DNA of 63,422 bases, counting the filler, from Octopus bimaculoides (lineage: Eukaryota), in assembly GCF_001194135.2 (NCBI RefSeq). It is 3 parts of 3 records of this genome, joined end to end, with 100 filler letters (N's around TTAATTAATTAA, not from the genome) between each part and the next. Parts side by side here need not be neighbours in the genome. Positions count along the whole stretch, not along the records: positions 1 to 21,397 come from NC_069005.1; positions 21,498 to 41,430 come from NC_068993.1; 1 more part is not named here. The stretch is one strand, 5' to 3'. Within the stretch, counting starts at the first letter, position 1, and every line of letters starts with the position of its first letter. The notes beneath the pieces were generated by a model. That model ran no database searches. It had not been told where the DNA came from and was given only the letters and a program-made list of their open reading frames with translations. The position numbers and the translations under genes are program-made. Shown here piece by piece: positions 12,908 to 25,407 of the stretch.

Positions 12908-14467
12908 TACTAGTTCAATCAGTTCTGTATTTTGCCAGTTTCTGTAAATCTTGCATGGTTGTCTTCCCTGTCTTCTGTGAATTCTTTATCATAAATGTTT
13001 AACAGAAAAAAATAAAAATAAAAACACACATACACACACACATATACATACACACACACATATACATACACACACATTCAAGTGCAATATTCTTATTTAA
13101 TTTTTTTTTTAAATCAATATATTTTTATGTAGAAGTATTAATTTAAATATTCGATGGTGAAACAGATACAGTTTAATTATTTAAGAATGTGTATGTGCAA
13201 TGTGTTATGTGTATGAGGTTCTTTACGAGCCAATTGGTATGCAATATGTATGCATACATGTACACCCATATACAAACACACATTTTTGCACATTATGTTC
13301 ATGAATCTTCACTACTGAGAATTTGGTCTGAATAAGTCTATGTATGTATGTGTGTGTGAGAGGGTATATATATATATATATATAAATAAATCTTTTTCTT
13401 TTTGGTTAATAAATATCTATATTATGTGCAGGGCGAAAATTGCTTCAATCTCAGATGTTCAAATGTAAATTTGTTACAGATAGAAATTGTTGTGTTTGTG
13501 GTTGTAAACCAATCAAAAGAGTGTTGCTGGGGGTGTCTCCAATCTGCTCTTTCTTAGCACATCTCCTGTGCCATGCAGATAACTAGTGGCATGTTTTAAG
13601 ACCAATAACCAACACAAGCCTTGAAGCCTGATATGCACACTCACATACATACATACAAACATATACATATATATATATGTGTGTGTGTATAATGTGCAAG
13701 TCCAGTAGATTTGAGTCAGAGCTAAGTGTTTGAGAAACATTCTTGTGATCATTCAATCTTCCTTATAAGACAATCTATCTTGAAAATTTTGCAACTTCTA
13801 ACATGTAGTTCCCACTTCAAAGTCAATTTAGAGATGCTTGAGGGAGAGTTGGCTGCTATATTTAGTCGGTTGTTTGACTCTGCATTGTTTTCATTATTTG
13901 GTTATTTCAATCATTATAGATGGTATATTGGTATGATAGCAACCAGTAAGGATAGCATGTCCTTTGAATATAAAATTGACTGATGAGGTCTTGCTAACTC
14001 ATGTTCTAGGATATTTTCTCAAAAAAAATCTGTTTTTCATTTTTCTGTGTTTTTCTTCCTCTATTTTGTGAGCCATATGATATTCGTTATCCCTAATAAG
14101 GGGTAGGAGAGGGGATCAAAGCAATAATATAAGAGTGCTATTGTATTCCTAGTTGTCAGGTTAAGTTTGCATTCAGATCTGACTAGAATTTATGATGTTG
14201 CCATTTAATTTTGAATCAATTTGAATGATGGAGTTCATTCTCTTGCCTTCCTTGAAAAAAAAAAAAAAATTGTCGTTAACGCTAACAACTTTTCTTTTCA
14301 ATATGGGTTTAATTTCAATTGATTAAAAATTCTTTTTGGCTCATTATGTTAGCATGCACTTAACTATATGTTCTTTATTATGCAAAAGATATACTTGGAA
14401 AACTTTCCAATGTCCTTACTGAATAAAAGAGTTAGGTACAAAATTTAAAGCCAGTTTTCTGCACACA

Positions 14468-14506
<39 letters not shown>

Positions 14507-14710
14507 CAATCTTTGTCTGATAAAAACACAGTTGTGGCTCAGTATCATGACCCTGTTCATGGCTCTCCTCACTTTACTGACTTCATGACAAGCAGCGGGG
14601 AAAGATGATGATTTCCGCTAAGAAGTGAGTAGGCTTTATTTTTTTCGATTTCGCAGAAACACTCATTCTTTGGGGAGTAGCTAAAAAACAAAAGAAGAAA
14701 TTATTTGCTT

Positions 14711-14745
<35 letters not shown>

Positions 14746-15345
14746 GTTGTTGTTGTTTGTATTTTCAATAAGTTCAGGTCTATGATCTGTTGACTTCGAA
14801 CCTAATTGAATTCTTAAGATAAATAAATGTCCATAACTCTTCTTGCCAGATGGAAAAACAGGGTGGCACTCTTACTTAATTGAAGGGTAGCCTGTAATAG
14901 GAACAGCAAATATCTAGGGGGTGGGGAGGCAAAATAATAATAATAATAAGCATGGATATAAATAAATGTAAACAACAACACACACAAACGCACACCAAAA
15001 ACGGTTTCACAATATGAAAAAGAAGAGATCATTTGAGAAATTTTGTTTCTGGCTAATTCTGTATTTGTACAAGATGTTAAATTTAAATTAAGGACGATTG
15101 AGAAAAATGTCTATATTTGTATTTTATTTTTCGAAATCTGCAATATCTTCTATATTATAAAGGTGGTTTTTAACTTTATATTTCTGAGTTGGTAAGACCC
15201 ACTCTCTTCTTCTGTTGTTCATTACCTCCACCTTCTCTACCTACCTACCTACTTTTTCTTTCCTATGTAAACCAATGTTAGTTTGTGATAGCGTATTTAT
15301 CAAAAATAAATAAATAAATTAATTAATTAATTAATCAAAATAAAG
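4802..15345 (+). other. unc-104: Putative long 3' UTR of unc-104
   Basis: Follows the stop; nearly free of recognisable SINE/LINE copies; TGTA (~15265) then an AATAAA cluster (~15305-15345) and U/GU-rich sequence. End point inferred; proximal AATAAA sites also exist. Confidence 0.4.
9660..10320 (+). repeat. Degenerate ~39-bp minisatellite, core (TGCATGAG)GCAACATGTGGTAGATC, about 12 copies
   Basis: Core copies at ~9662, 9872, 9950, 9989, 10038, 10109, 10145, 10246 and 10297 with variable spacers. Confidence 0.8.
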
Positions 15346-18300
15346 GCTATTAATGATTGACTGACAGTCTTGATATTTTATATCATTCCTATATCCTCTT
15401 CTTGTGGTGATTGCTTGTTAAGGAGAAAGTGGTAAACTCTTGATAGCTTGCCAAGTCTGTGAGATGGTTTTTCATATCTTATTTGACAACAAGTTACTTT
15501 CCTTTCCCTGCTAATATATTTGAGAAAGGTATAAATTGTCACACAGCTTCAGTCACCACCCTTCTGCCTTTCCTTAGTGATTTAAGCTTTGGTACATAAA
15601 AACCTACTTATGTATTGTTCATGTGGCAAGAACCGTGGAATAAGATTCATGCTTGTGATAAACTAAAGGAGTTCCACTGCCTGATGTCAGAATCCCTTCT
15701 TTCAATTTGTGTTTTGAAGGTTTTTTTTTTAACTTATTACACTAAATGCCAATCTCATTAACTTGTCTTTGTATCAAATTAAGAAATTAACTCATGTATC
15801 TTCTAAATATACATTATTTAATCTTAGTGTTTATTATCCTTACAAATACAGATAGCTTTTCTTTCACAACTGCATGCCAACACGTAACACAAACCAAAGT
15901 CCACAACAACAACAACAACATTGATAACATTATGAAGACCACATTGCAACTCAGAAAGACAACACTACAACATACTGGCTGGTGCTGCTGCTGCTGCGAA
16001 TGCTAATTAGTACCAACATTTATTATAATTATTTATAAGTATATATATATATATATTTTTTTTTTGTTCTTGGTATTAATATCCTCAGAGATTGTATTGA
16101 ACAGATCACATTGTCACACGGCTTCTATCAATCACTTGTAAAGCCACCACTATAACCACCGCTGCCATCACCGCCACTACAGCCATCATCATCACCACCA
16201 CCATTATCGTTAACAACATCATCTTTATCTTTACCACCATTTCAACCATCATTCCTGTTTTTTTTTTTTTTTGGTGGAGAGGAATATATATTTGTTGGTA
16301 TGTTTGTTTGTGTGTGTGTGTGGTTTGGGGAGGCTGTACAAGTGACTGACGGACTGGCAGGCTGGCTGGCTGGTTGGATGGTTGGCTTGCAAAGTGGCTT
16401 TTTTTTCTCATCAGTTGACTACTGGGAGTTGCATTACATAAACGACAGAAATACCGACAACAAACACTTGATTCGGAATTTGTGCATTTGTGACATTCAA
16501 TACACCGAAGCGAAAGGAAAGAAACAAAGCAAAAATTAAACAAAAAGACAAATACATATAAAAGAAAAAGAAATAAAAACACCGTACACTAATTTGTGTA
16601 TGTGTGTGATCATGTGTAGACTGATTAAAAAAAAATGTTAAGAAGATGAAAAAGATAATCAAAAAGCAAGAAAATATGACAAAATTAAAATAATATAACC
16701 AAAAAAAAAAATGTAATGATAAAACAAGAAATTAATATAATAAACATTATAGAAGTTTGAAATAGTGAAAATGAAGAAAAAGAAAAAGAGAAAAACGAAC
16801 AACAACAATAGCAACAAACCAAATGAATAATGAATAAATATTATTGACTGAATAATGAATTACCAAATGTTTCCATTTGAAATGGCAAGGAAGAGGAAGC
16901 AGAAAAGAAAAATGAACAAAAATGAATAAATATAATTAATTAGAAGTAGATGCCGAAAATGTCCGTTTCAGTGTGTAAAAATGTTTGGGTTTTTTTTTCA
17001 GGCCAGAACACTTAATTCTACATTACCTCAGTCCACCCTATTTGTCTTGTCTGTCACAGGCTATAGAGGAATCAGACATGGAAATGTTCACTTTTTAAGA
17101 CTGACATTTCATGATCAGGCTTTGTAAAAAAAAAACATAAAGAAAAATGGCTGCGAGAAATGATTTTTTTTTCTTTCGATTTTTTTTTTTTCGTTTTTTT
17201 TTTTGTTTGGCAACAACAGCTTATGCTTATTTTAACTTGGTGCTGAGCACCAACCTGTCTTTGAAATTCCCTACTGGAGATCCTTAGAGACACTAGATAA
17301 ATAAATAAATAATTTTATTCATTCCTTACATAAAGACAACATAATTTAAAAGAAGAGATCAAGCTAAACAATGACATAAAAAAACCCCACAAAAAATGTT
17401 AGAGAGACAATTTTTCTTTAATAAGACAAATAAGAGTTTAAAAAATCATTGCCAGAAGAGATTCACAGTTGTATGATACACAAACTTGCTGTATATGATT
17501 GTATAGTATTTATATATGTATATGATTTTTCTCTTCAGTCTTTCTGTCCAATTACTAACTCTCTCTCTCTCTCTCTGATTATTTATATACACGCATACAT
17601 CTTTCAATCTGTCCCTCTTTGGTCTCTCATGGAGACTACAATAAAATGAAATCATTTAGTTCAACTACATATGCAGAACACTCACTCAATACTGTCATGC
17701 TCAAAAAAAAAAAAAAAAAAAAAGTACACACACACACACACAAAAAAGTAAGTGAATCTAGAATCACAACACAGAGAGAAAATACCAGTTCTGAATTGTT
17801 TTAAGTAAAATGTACCAAACTATATGAAACTTTACCAAACTGAAACCAAACTGTAACCAGATTGTACGAAACCAAATCAAAACCACTCCGATTTAAAATT
17901 GGAGGAAGAAAAAAAACATAAACCCATCAATATAAAATAAGCAAAAAAAAAAAGATAAATCAAGAACTAAACAAAACCATGAAATAAAATATGAATGATA
18001 AATGAACAAATGAATTGTTGACAAAAACAAAAAAAAAACCTGACAAAATGAAAGAAACTATTTAAATAAAAGGAGGAGGAAGAGGAATGGAAGGAGGAAG
18101 AGGAGGGAAGTAGGAGAAAAAAAAACAAAGAACTGCATCAAGAAAATAAAAAAATATATAACCCTTCAAAAAAAAAATGATGGCCACCACCAACTTATAT
18201 TGATAATAATAATAATAACTAATAATAATAATAATAATGTTATTAAACTTTGATCTAGGTGAGAAATCACTACAGAGCCAATCAAGTATGAATGCAGATG

Positions 18301-18678
18301 TACGTGTGTTGGAAGAGAGAATATTCCAGATTGTGCATGCGAAATGCAATGATGATGATGATGATTTTAATGTCATCCTGACAAAGAGACTTTCTGATGT
18401 AAAAATATGAAGAATGACTGTAACCAAGAACAAAGTGTGTATGATTGATTCGCTTTATGCTTCTCTTGTAAATTATTTCTTCAATTTTATTTTATAATTA
18501 TTTTTTCAGTATTTTTTTTTTATCCCCCTCTCCCCAGATTTTCAACACTAATAATAATAATAATTATTATAATAACAATCAATAATAATTGTAACAATGT
18601 TAATTGTAATTATGTTAGAGAATGGTGTAGACCGCCAAGACCGTAGTATGTCAGAGGAAATGCAATATAGTATTTCAT

Positions 18679-18714
<36 letters not shown>

Positions 18715-18899
18715 CTGCATTTATAGTTCGCTTGGATCAACTTTGCCTTTTTTCATTCCTATGAAGTCTGTAAAATGTGCTCCAAACATTTACTGAGGTC
18801 AAATCTATCAATTTCTGCTACAATCCCCCATCACCACCACCACCACCACCACCTCTCTCTTGTTATGTGGCTTTGTCCCAGTGTGAGAAATAATTATTC

Positions 18900-19176
18900 A
18901 CTTCAGACAAAAAGCTTAAGCCGCATTTTGTCCACCGTTATGTTCTCAGTTCACATTCCGCCAAGGTCGACATTGCCTTTCATCCTTTCGAGATTGATGA
19001 ACTAAGTACCAGCTGAGTTCTGAGGGTCAGTGTAATCAACTAGCTACCCCTCTCCCAAAATTCCAGGCCTTGCTACCCCTCTCCCAAAATTCCAGGCCTT
19101 GCTACCTTTCTCTCAAAATTCCAGGCCTTGCTACCTTTCTCTCAAAATTCCAGGCCTTGCGCCTATACCAGAAAGG

Positions 19177-19190
<14 letters not shown>
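18900..19190 (+). mobile_element. tRNA-like SINE (family B) with a 29-bp tandem quadruplication near its 3' end
   Basis: Family-B body (...GGTCGACATTGCCTTTCATCCTTTCG...), CTACCCCTCTCCCAAAATTCCAGGCCTTG-like unit x4 at 19044-19159, (ATT)n tail. Confidence 0.85.
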
Positions 19191-19214
<24 letters not shown>

Positions 19215-19218
19215 TACT

Positions 19219-19735
19219 AAGGTGGTGAGCTGGCAGAATTGTTAGCGTGTTGGACAAAATGTTTAACAGTATTTTGCCTACCACTACATTCTGAGTTCAA
19301 ATTCCACTGAGGTTGATAAATTAAATACCAGTGATACACCAGGGTTGATGTAATCGACTTGTCCNNNNNNNNNNNNNNNNNNNNNNNNNNNNNNNNNNNN
19401 NNNNNNNNNNNNNNNNNNNNNNNNNNNNNNNNNNNNNNNNNNNNNNNNNNNNNNNNNNNNNNNNNNNNNNNNNNNNNNNNNNNNNNNNNNNNNNNNNNNN
19501 NNNNNNNNAGCAAGCTGGCTGAATTGCTTGTGCTGGACAAAATGCTTAGTGGCTTTTCTCCCAGTCTTTTGGCTTTCTGAATTCAAGTGTCACTGAGGTC
19601 AACTTTGCCTTTCATCCTCTTGGGGTTGATAGAGCACTGGGATTAATGTAATCAGCAACTCCCCCACCCACCAACCCACCCATCCACTCTCCCACTCAAA
19701 ACTTCAGGGCCTTGTGCCTGTAGTAGAAAGAATTA
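19219..19735 (+). mobile_element. Two further family-B SINEs, head-to-tail across a gap
   Basis: AAGGTGGTGAGCTGGCAGAA head, GAGTTCAAATTCC B-box-like motif, GAAAGAATTATTATT tail. Confidence 0.8.
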
Positions 19736-20104
19736 TTATTATCTAATTATTTATCCATTGTTTCAATTAAGGCTTTTGAATGACCATGTTAGAACTAGTG
19801 TGTGTGTGTGTGTGTGTGTATTGATGTGTGTTCATGTGTAGGTATGTATGTATGAAATTAATGCTACTAAGAAACATCAAAATTACTTTTCTGAATCTAG
19901 GACTGTGGTTGATCTCAACTGTTAAATGACAAGAGTAGTGTCAGTAGTGTTAATAACTTGAAATTATAATGATGACAAATGATTATTAATCTATAATACT
20001 ATGCTTCTGTGATCTCCTTCAATGAGTTGTACATTAATTAAAGAGTAAACTTATTGCTTCGTTTACCAGTTTTGAATCTTTTTGCGTGATTTTTTTTCAG
20101 TATC

Positions 20105-20146
<42 letters not shown>

Positions 20147-20698
20147 GTTTTTTTCAGTTTACTTCCTTCATCTTACTGAAGTCTCTGTTTTTTTTTTTGT
20201 TTCTTTAAAAAAATTTTCTGATTCCTGATTTTAACCATTGCATGTCTCCTTCTATTCACTTAATTCTGCCTAATCAGTTTTGAGACAAAACAAAAAGAAA
20301 AAAGATATCGCCACCACACAATATGACCTCATTTGTACTCCCTAAAAGTACAAGGCCACTTTCCTATGTATGATGTGTGTAGTGTCATGTGATCATAGTA
20401 TAACAGCCACTCTTGAGTAGTTAGATGATGTAAAACATACTGAATGAAATGTATTATATACACAATAACTTTACTCTATCACTGGTATTGAGTTCTTTTT
20501 GCTTTGACGATAAAGTCATTGTGCATGTAAAACTATTTGCAAATACAGCTTCATGATGTTATATAAACATGTGGAGTGAAAATATTCTGAAATCATTCCA
20601 CTGTTTTGACAAGACTTAATTCTTGATAAAGTGTGTCAACTGCAAATCAGCCTGTTTTAACATCACATCCCTTTCTAGGCTTTGTATGTGTATATACA

Positions 20699-20732
<34 letters not shown>

Positions 20733-21397
20733 GGAGAAAAAAAAGAGTGTTATGTAGTATATGTGATGTGTAAACATAACATACATTTTGACAGTATTAC
20801 ATACAGACTCTTTCATACATTCCTCTCCTTAGCTGTACATGGTCATTCACAAGTTTAAGTATATATACACAAGCATACACATTGACATACCAGTATACAA
20901 ATAAATATATATATACACACACACACACACATGCATACACATTTAAATATACAGCTTCATTCATTTTATGTTCATTTCGTTTTTCTTTTTACAGTTTTTA
21001 ATTTTTAAAGCTATTTAGCTGCGTTATGTCTTAATTTGTTAGGAAGTGCTTTCATAGTGAAAATTTGAAAACAGATTTGTAAGAATAAAAAGAACAAAAA
21101 AAAATTAAGTATTGGAAGACATCTAACAATGAAAATAATTCTTTAAAAATCTATCACCATATATATTCATATATCTAATGATAAAAGAAATATGTAGCAC
21201 CTGTAGTTGCTTCTATATCATTGCTTCATGCTATGGTGTCCAGTAATTTGGAACATAGTATGATTTTCAGTAGACTTTTGTTGTAGTCATTGAAGCAAAA
21301 GGTTTAAAGTAACTCCAGGTACTAAATATATATTCTACGATCTTATGAGATTCTCTACAAATACATATGGAGCATTTTAGTGTTTCATGCACAAAAA

Positions 21398-21497
21398 NNN
21401 NNNNNNNNNNNNNNNNNNNNNNNNNNNNNNNNNNNNNNNNNTTAATTAATTAANNNNNNNNNNNNNNNNNNNNNNNNNNNNNNNNNNNNNNNNNNNN
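21398..21497. other. Synthetic scaffold spacer N44-TTAATTAATTAA-N44
   Basis: Exactly 100 bp with a six-frame stop linker in the centre; identical structure at 41431-41530. Confidence 0.9.
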
Positions 21498-21675
21498 ATA
21501 TATATATATATATACGACGGGCTTTCAGTTTCCGTCTACCAAATCTACTCACAATTCTTTGGTCAGCACAAGGCTATAGTAGAAGACACTTACCCAAAGT
21601 GCCACGCAGTAGGACTGAACCTGGAGTCATGTGGTTGGCAAATAAGCTACTTGCCACTCAGCCACTCCTGCGTCT
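21498..21675 (-). mobile_element. Family-A SINE, head half, cut by gap
   Basis: Reverse complement of the first ~180 nt of the copy at 988. Confidence 0.85.
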
Positions 21676-21854
21676 ATACAATCACTCCCCTCCCATATGT
21701 ATATGTATGTAAATATATATATGTATGTGCACATATATATGTATATTTAAATTCAATAATAGGAAGAATTCTTTTACAAGAATTTATCAAGTAGCTAGCG
21801 TGAAAAAACCTCATAAGGGAAAAAATCCATAATTTATTCCCGAAATATATATTT

Positions 21855-22122
21855 ATATTTATATAAGAGCATTACTATACAATAATGCCTCACACTATGA
21901 GGGACTATAAGGTTAGACTACCATAAAAAGCACATTTTTACCGAACGTGAGGAAATGCAACTCTNNNNNNNNNNGATCTATAATTTAGTCTGTTTTTAAG
22001 GGGTTGGCTTTGAGAGTTGCATTTTCTCGCGTTCGGTAAAAATGTGCTTTTTATGGTAGTCTGAGCTTAGAGTCCCTCATAGCGTGAGGCATTATTGTAT
22101 AGTAATGCCCTTATATAAATAT
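21855..22122. repeat. 110-bp inverted repeat (21855-21964 / 22013-22122)
   Basis: Arms are reverse complements with a few mismatches; a 10-N gap lies in the spacer. Confidence 0.8.
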
Positions 22123-22202
22123 ATATGTATATATATAAAGAGAGAGAGAGGGGGGAGGGAGAGATGAGATGAAAAAACACAGAGGATTAGTTTTACAAGA
22201 TT

Positions 22203-22449
22203 TAAGAGTATATTAGAGCCATGATAATAAAGATAATATACAATTTTGTACAAAATAAGGTTTTGTTCTTTCAACATAATTGAAGGATATGCTTTGCATT
22301 GCTCATCAATCTGAACAATGCAAAACCGGTCCCCTCAGTTTGATGAGCAATACGAAACCGGTCCTTACTTCAATTATGTTGAAATATCAAAACCTTATTT
22401 GTACAAAATTTTATAGTATCTTTATTATCATGGCTCTAATATACTCTTA
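22203..22449. repeat. ~112-bp imperfect inverted repeat (22203-22314 / 22335-22449) with 20-bp spacer
   Basis: Arms are reverse complements, no gap inside; the inner end contains TGATGAG-CAATA-CGAAACCGGTC. Confidence 0.85.
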
Positions 22450-23405
22450 TATCCTTTAACACAAATCTTTTTTCCATCTTATTACTTTCTCTTTTTATAT
22501 CCACCACGTGTGTTTCTCCACTAAAATATTTTCTACCTTNNNNNNNNNNNNNNNNNNNNNNNNNNNNNNNNNNNNNNNNNNNNNNNNNNNNNNNNNNNNN
22601 NNNNNNNNNNNNNNNNNNNNNNNNNNNNNNNNNNNNNNNNNNNNNNNNNNNNNNNNNNNNNNNNNNNNNNNNNNNNNNNNNNNNNNNNNNNNNNNNNNNN
22701 NNNNNNNNNNNNNNNNNNNNNNNNNNNNNNNNNNNNNNNNNNNNNNNNNNNNNNNNNNNNNNNNNNNNNNNNNNNNNNNNNNNNNNNNNNNNNNNNNNNN
22801 NNNNNNNNNNNNNNNNNNNNNNNNNNNNNNNNNNNNNNNNNNNNNNNNNNNNNNNNNNNNNNNNNNNNNNNNNNNNNNNNNNNNNNNNNNNNNNNNNNNN
22901 NNNNNNNNNNNNNNNNNAAAATAAAGAATTAGTCGTAGACCAGGTTTCACGCGTTGATGGATTAATGTAATTTTTACTTACATAACCCTTCTGAGGCTCA
23001 GCACTACGACCGTTCGATACAATATAATTTGAAGAACAATACACGGATTGTCCACATAAAATTAGACATGTGTACAGTTCTACCGATTACATTGGAGTTA
23101 TTTTCAAAAGTCTCAGCTCTGGCGCGTTAAATATCGGAACAAATTCCGGAGAAGATAATTCACTGCAGTAACCTTTGCCGTGCTAAAAATTTTAATAATA
23201 ATAAGGGTGATAAATTGGATATTAATTTAATTAACACCAATTTAAAACCAGTGGCCTAGCGTAAAGAAAATTCTGAAAATTCAGAGAAATTATATTACAT
23301 ACATGTGAGAAGGGATGACCACTAAATGGACATCCTTTACGCTAGAAATCGACCATCACGCTGCATGGAGTTGAATCTGACCGTAATGTACTTCTTTCCG
23401 CTTCA

Positions 23406-23441
<36 letters not shown>

Positions 23442-23466
23442 GCAGCTGCTGCTGCTGCTGCTACTG

Positions 23467-23505
<39 letters not shown>

Positions 23506-23530
23506 GTAATAATAATAATAATAGTAATAA

Positions 23531-25290
23531 TATTCCAGGGAGACACGCTCTCTCCACTCCTGTTCTGCTTGGCACTCAGACCTTTAACTGACTTGCTAAA
23601 TAGAACTGGATGCGGATACAAATGTTACGGCAAAATAATCAGTCACCTTTTATATATGGATGACCTAAAATTATACGCTAGAAATGATAAAGAGCTGGAA
23701 ACACTACTACAGACAGAACACGGATTTACCAAGGAAATAGATATGAAATTTGGATTAGAAAAATGTGCCAAAGCAACCCTGAAAAGACGAAAACTAGTTA
23801 AGAGTAGCAACATCACACTAGGTACAACCAATGTAGAGAATTAGACGAAAGCCAGCCATACAAATATTTAGGAATCAATGAAGAAGATAGGATACAACAC
23901 ACAAAAATGGAAGAGAAAATAAAGAAAGAATACTATAGACGAGTTAGATCAATACTAAAAACAGAGCTCAATGCAAAAACCAAGATAATAGGTATTAACA
24001 CTTTAGCCGTCCCAGTTATAAGTTACAGCTACAATATCCTTAACTGAACACTAAACGAGCTACCTAAAATAGACAGGAAAACAAGAAAAATAATGAAAAG
24101 ATCTAGGATGCACCACCGAAAATCTGACATAGAAAGGCTATAGATACAACAGGTGGCAGCTGGAAACCTATTATAAAATAACCACCATAGAACTGCAAAA
24201 ATACCTACTTCAGAAGCAAGGAAAACTAATACAAATAGTCACAAAACACGATCAAAACAAAAAACTGTTTTCAGCATTTAAGGAAGCTGACAAATACAAA
24301 CAAGAAATCATACTACTTAACAAATATGAAGAAGAAGAAGAAGAAGAAGAAGAAACAACAAAAGCTATAAAACAAATGAAATCCAAACTAAAACTAGAAC
24401 AGCAACTGACCATGATAAAACGATGGCAAGAAAAGCCCCTACATGGTAAATACTGGGCTAAACTAAATGCGAAAGAAATAGACAGAGAAAAATCCCAGCA
24501 ATGGTTGAGAAGCTCAGGACTCAAAGCAGAGATTGAAGGAATTTTAATTGCTGCACAAGACCAAAGACTCTCCACCAGAAATTACCAAAAGCATATAATG
24601 AAAAGAAACATAACATGTAACTGCAGAATATGTGGCGATGGACAAGAAACAATAAATCATATTATCTCTGACTGCCCAGTCCTGGCTAAGAAGGAATATA
24701 TTCACAGACACGACAGAGCTGGGACCTATAATATGCACTGGAAGCTATGTCAACACAATGGAATAACAACAGAAAAAAGATGGTATAAACACACGCCAGA
24801 AAAGGTCACAGAAAACGAGAAAGCAACAATATTCTGGGATATGCCAATACACACAGATAGAAAAATTAAGGCAAATAGACCAGATATAGTTGTCAAAGAT
24901 CATGAAGAAAAAAATGCTTTTTAATTGATGTAACAATACCAGCAGATGACAACGTTTCCCTAAAAGAAATGGTGAAACATTCAAAATACAAAGACCTAGA
25001 AATAGAGGTAACTCGAATATGGAATCTAAAAACAGAAACAATTCCTATCATAGTAGGTGCCTTAGGTATAATAAAAAAATATTCAGACAAATACATAACA
25101 AAAACACCAGGACTTACGAATATATATAACATACAGAAAATTGCACTACTGGGCACTGCACACATCCTACGCAAAACACTTCCAATACGGTAACCATAAG
25201 AGCAGCATAACAGCAAACCACAGCACATACCCAAGGCACACAGAGCCGCGCTCGGCGGTGAAGTGAAAGCACGTTATAAAAATAAAACTA

Positions 25291-25293
<3 letters not shown>
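23531..25293 (+). mobile_element. 5'-truncated, decayed R4/Dong-like non-LTR retrotransposon (family A)
   Basis: RT motifs IFQGDTLSPL and LYMDDLKLY, CCHC knuckle CRICGDGQETINHIISDC, RLE motifs NRPDIV...LIDV...KYKDL; frameshifts and stops; flanked by (TAC/TAA)n and a (TAA)n tail. Confidence 0.85.
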
Positions 25294-25379
<86 letters not shown>

Positions 25380-25407
25380 TAATAATAACCAAAACAACAA
25401 CAATAAT

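Noticed and set aside
16405-16540. Exon-like segment after ttttctcatcag (VDYWELHYINDRN...) and minus-strand Cys-rich frames
   Set aside because: No recognisable homology, no compatible donor or partner exon; kept unannotated.
17000-17145. Acceptor-like ttttcag followed by a 41-codon frame
   Set aside because: No protein similarity recognised and no supporting gene structure.
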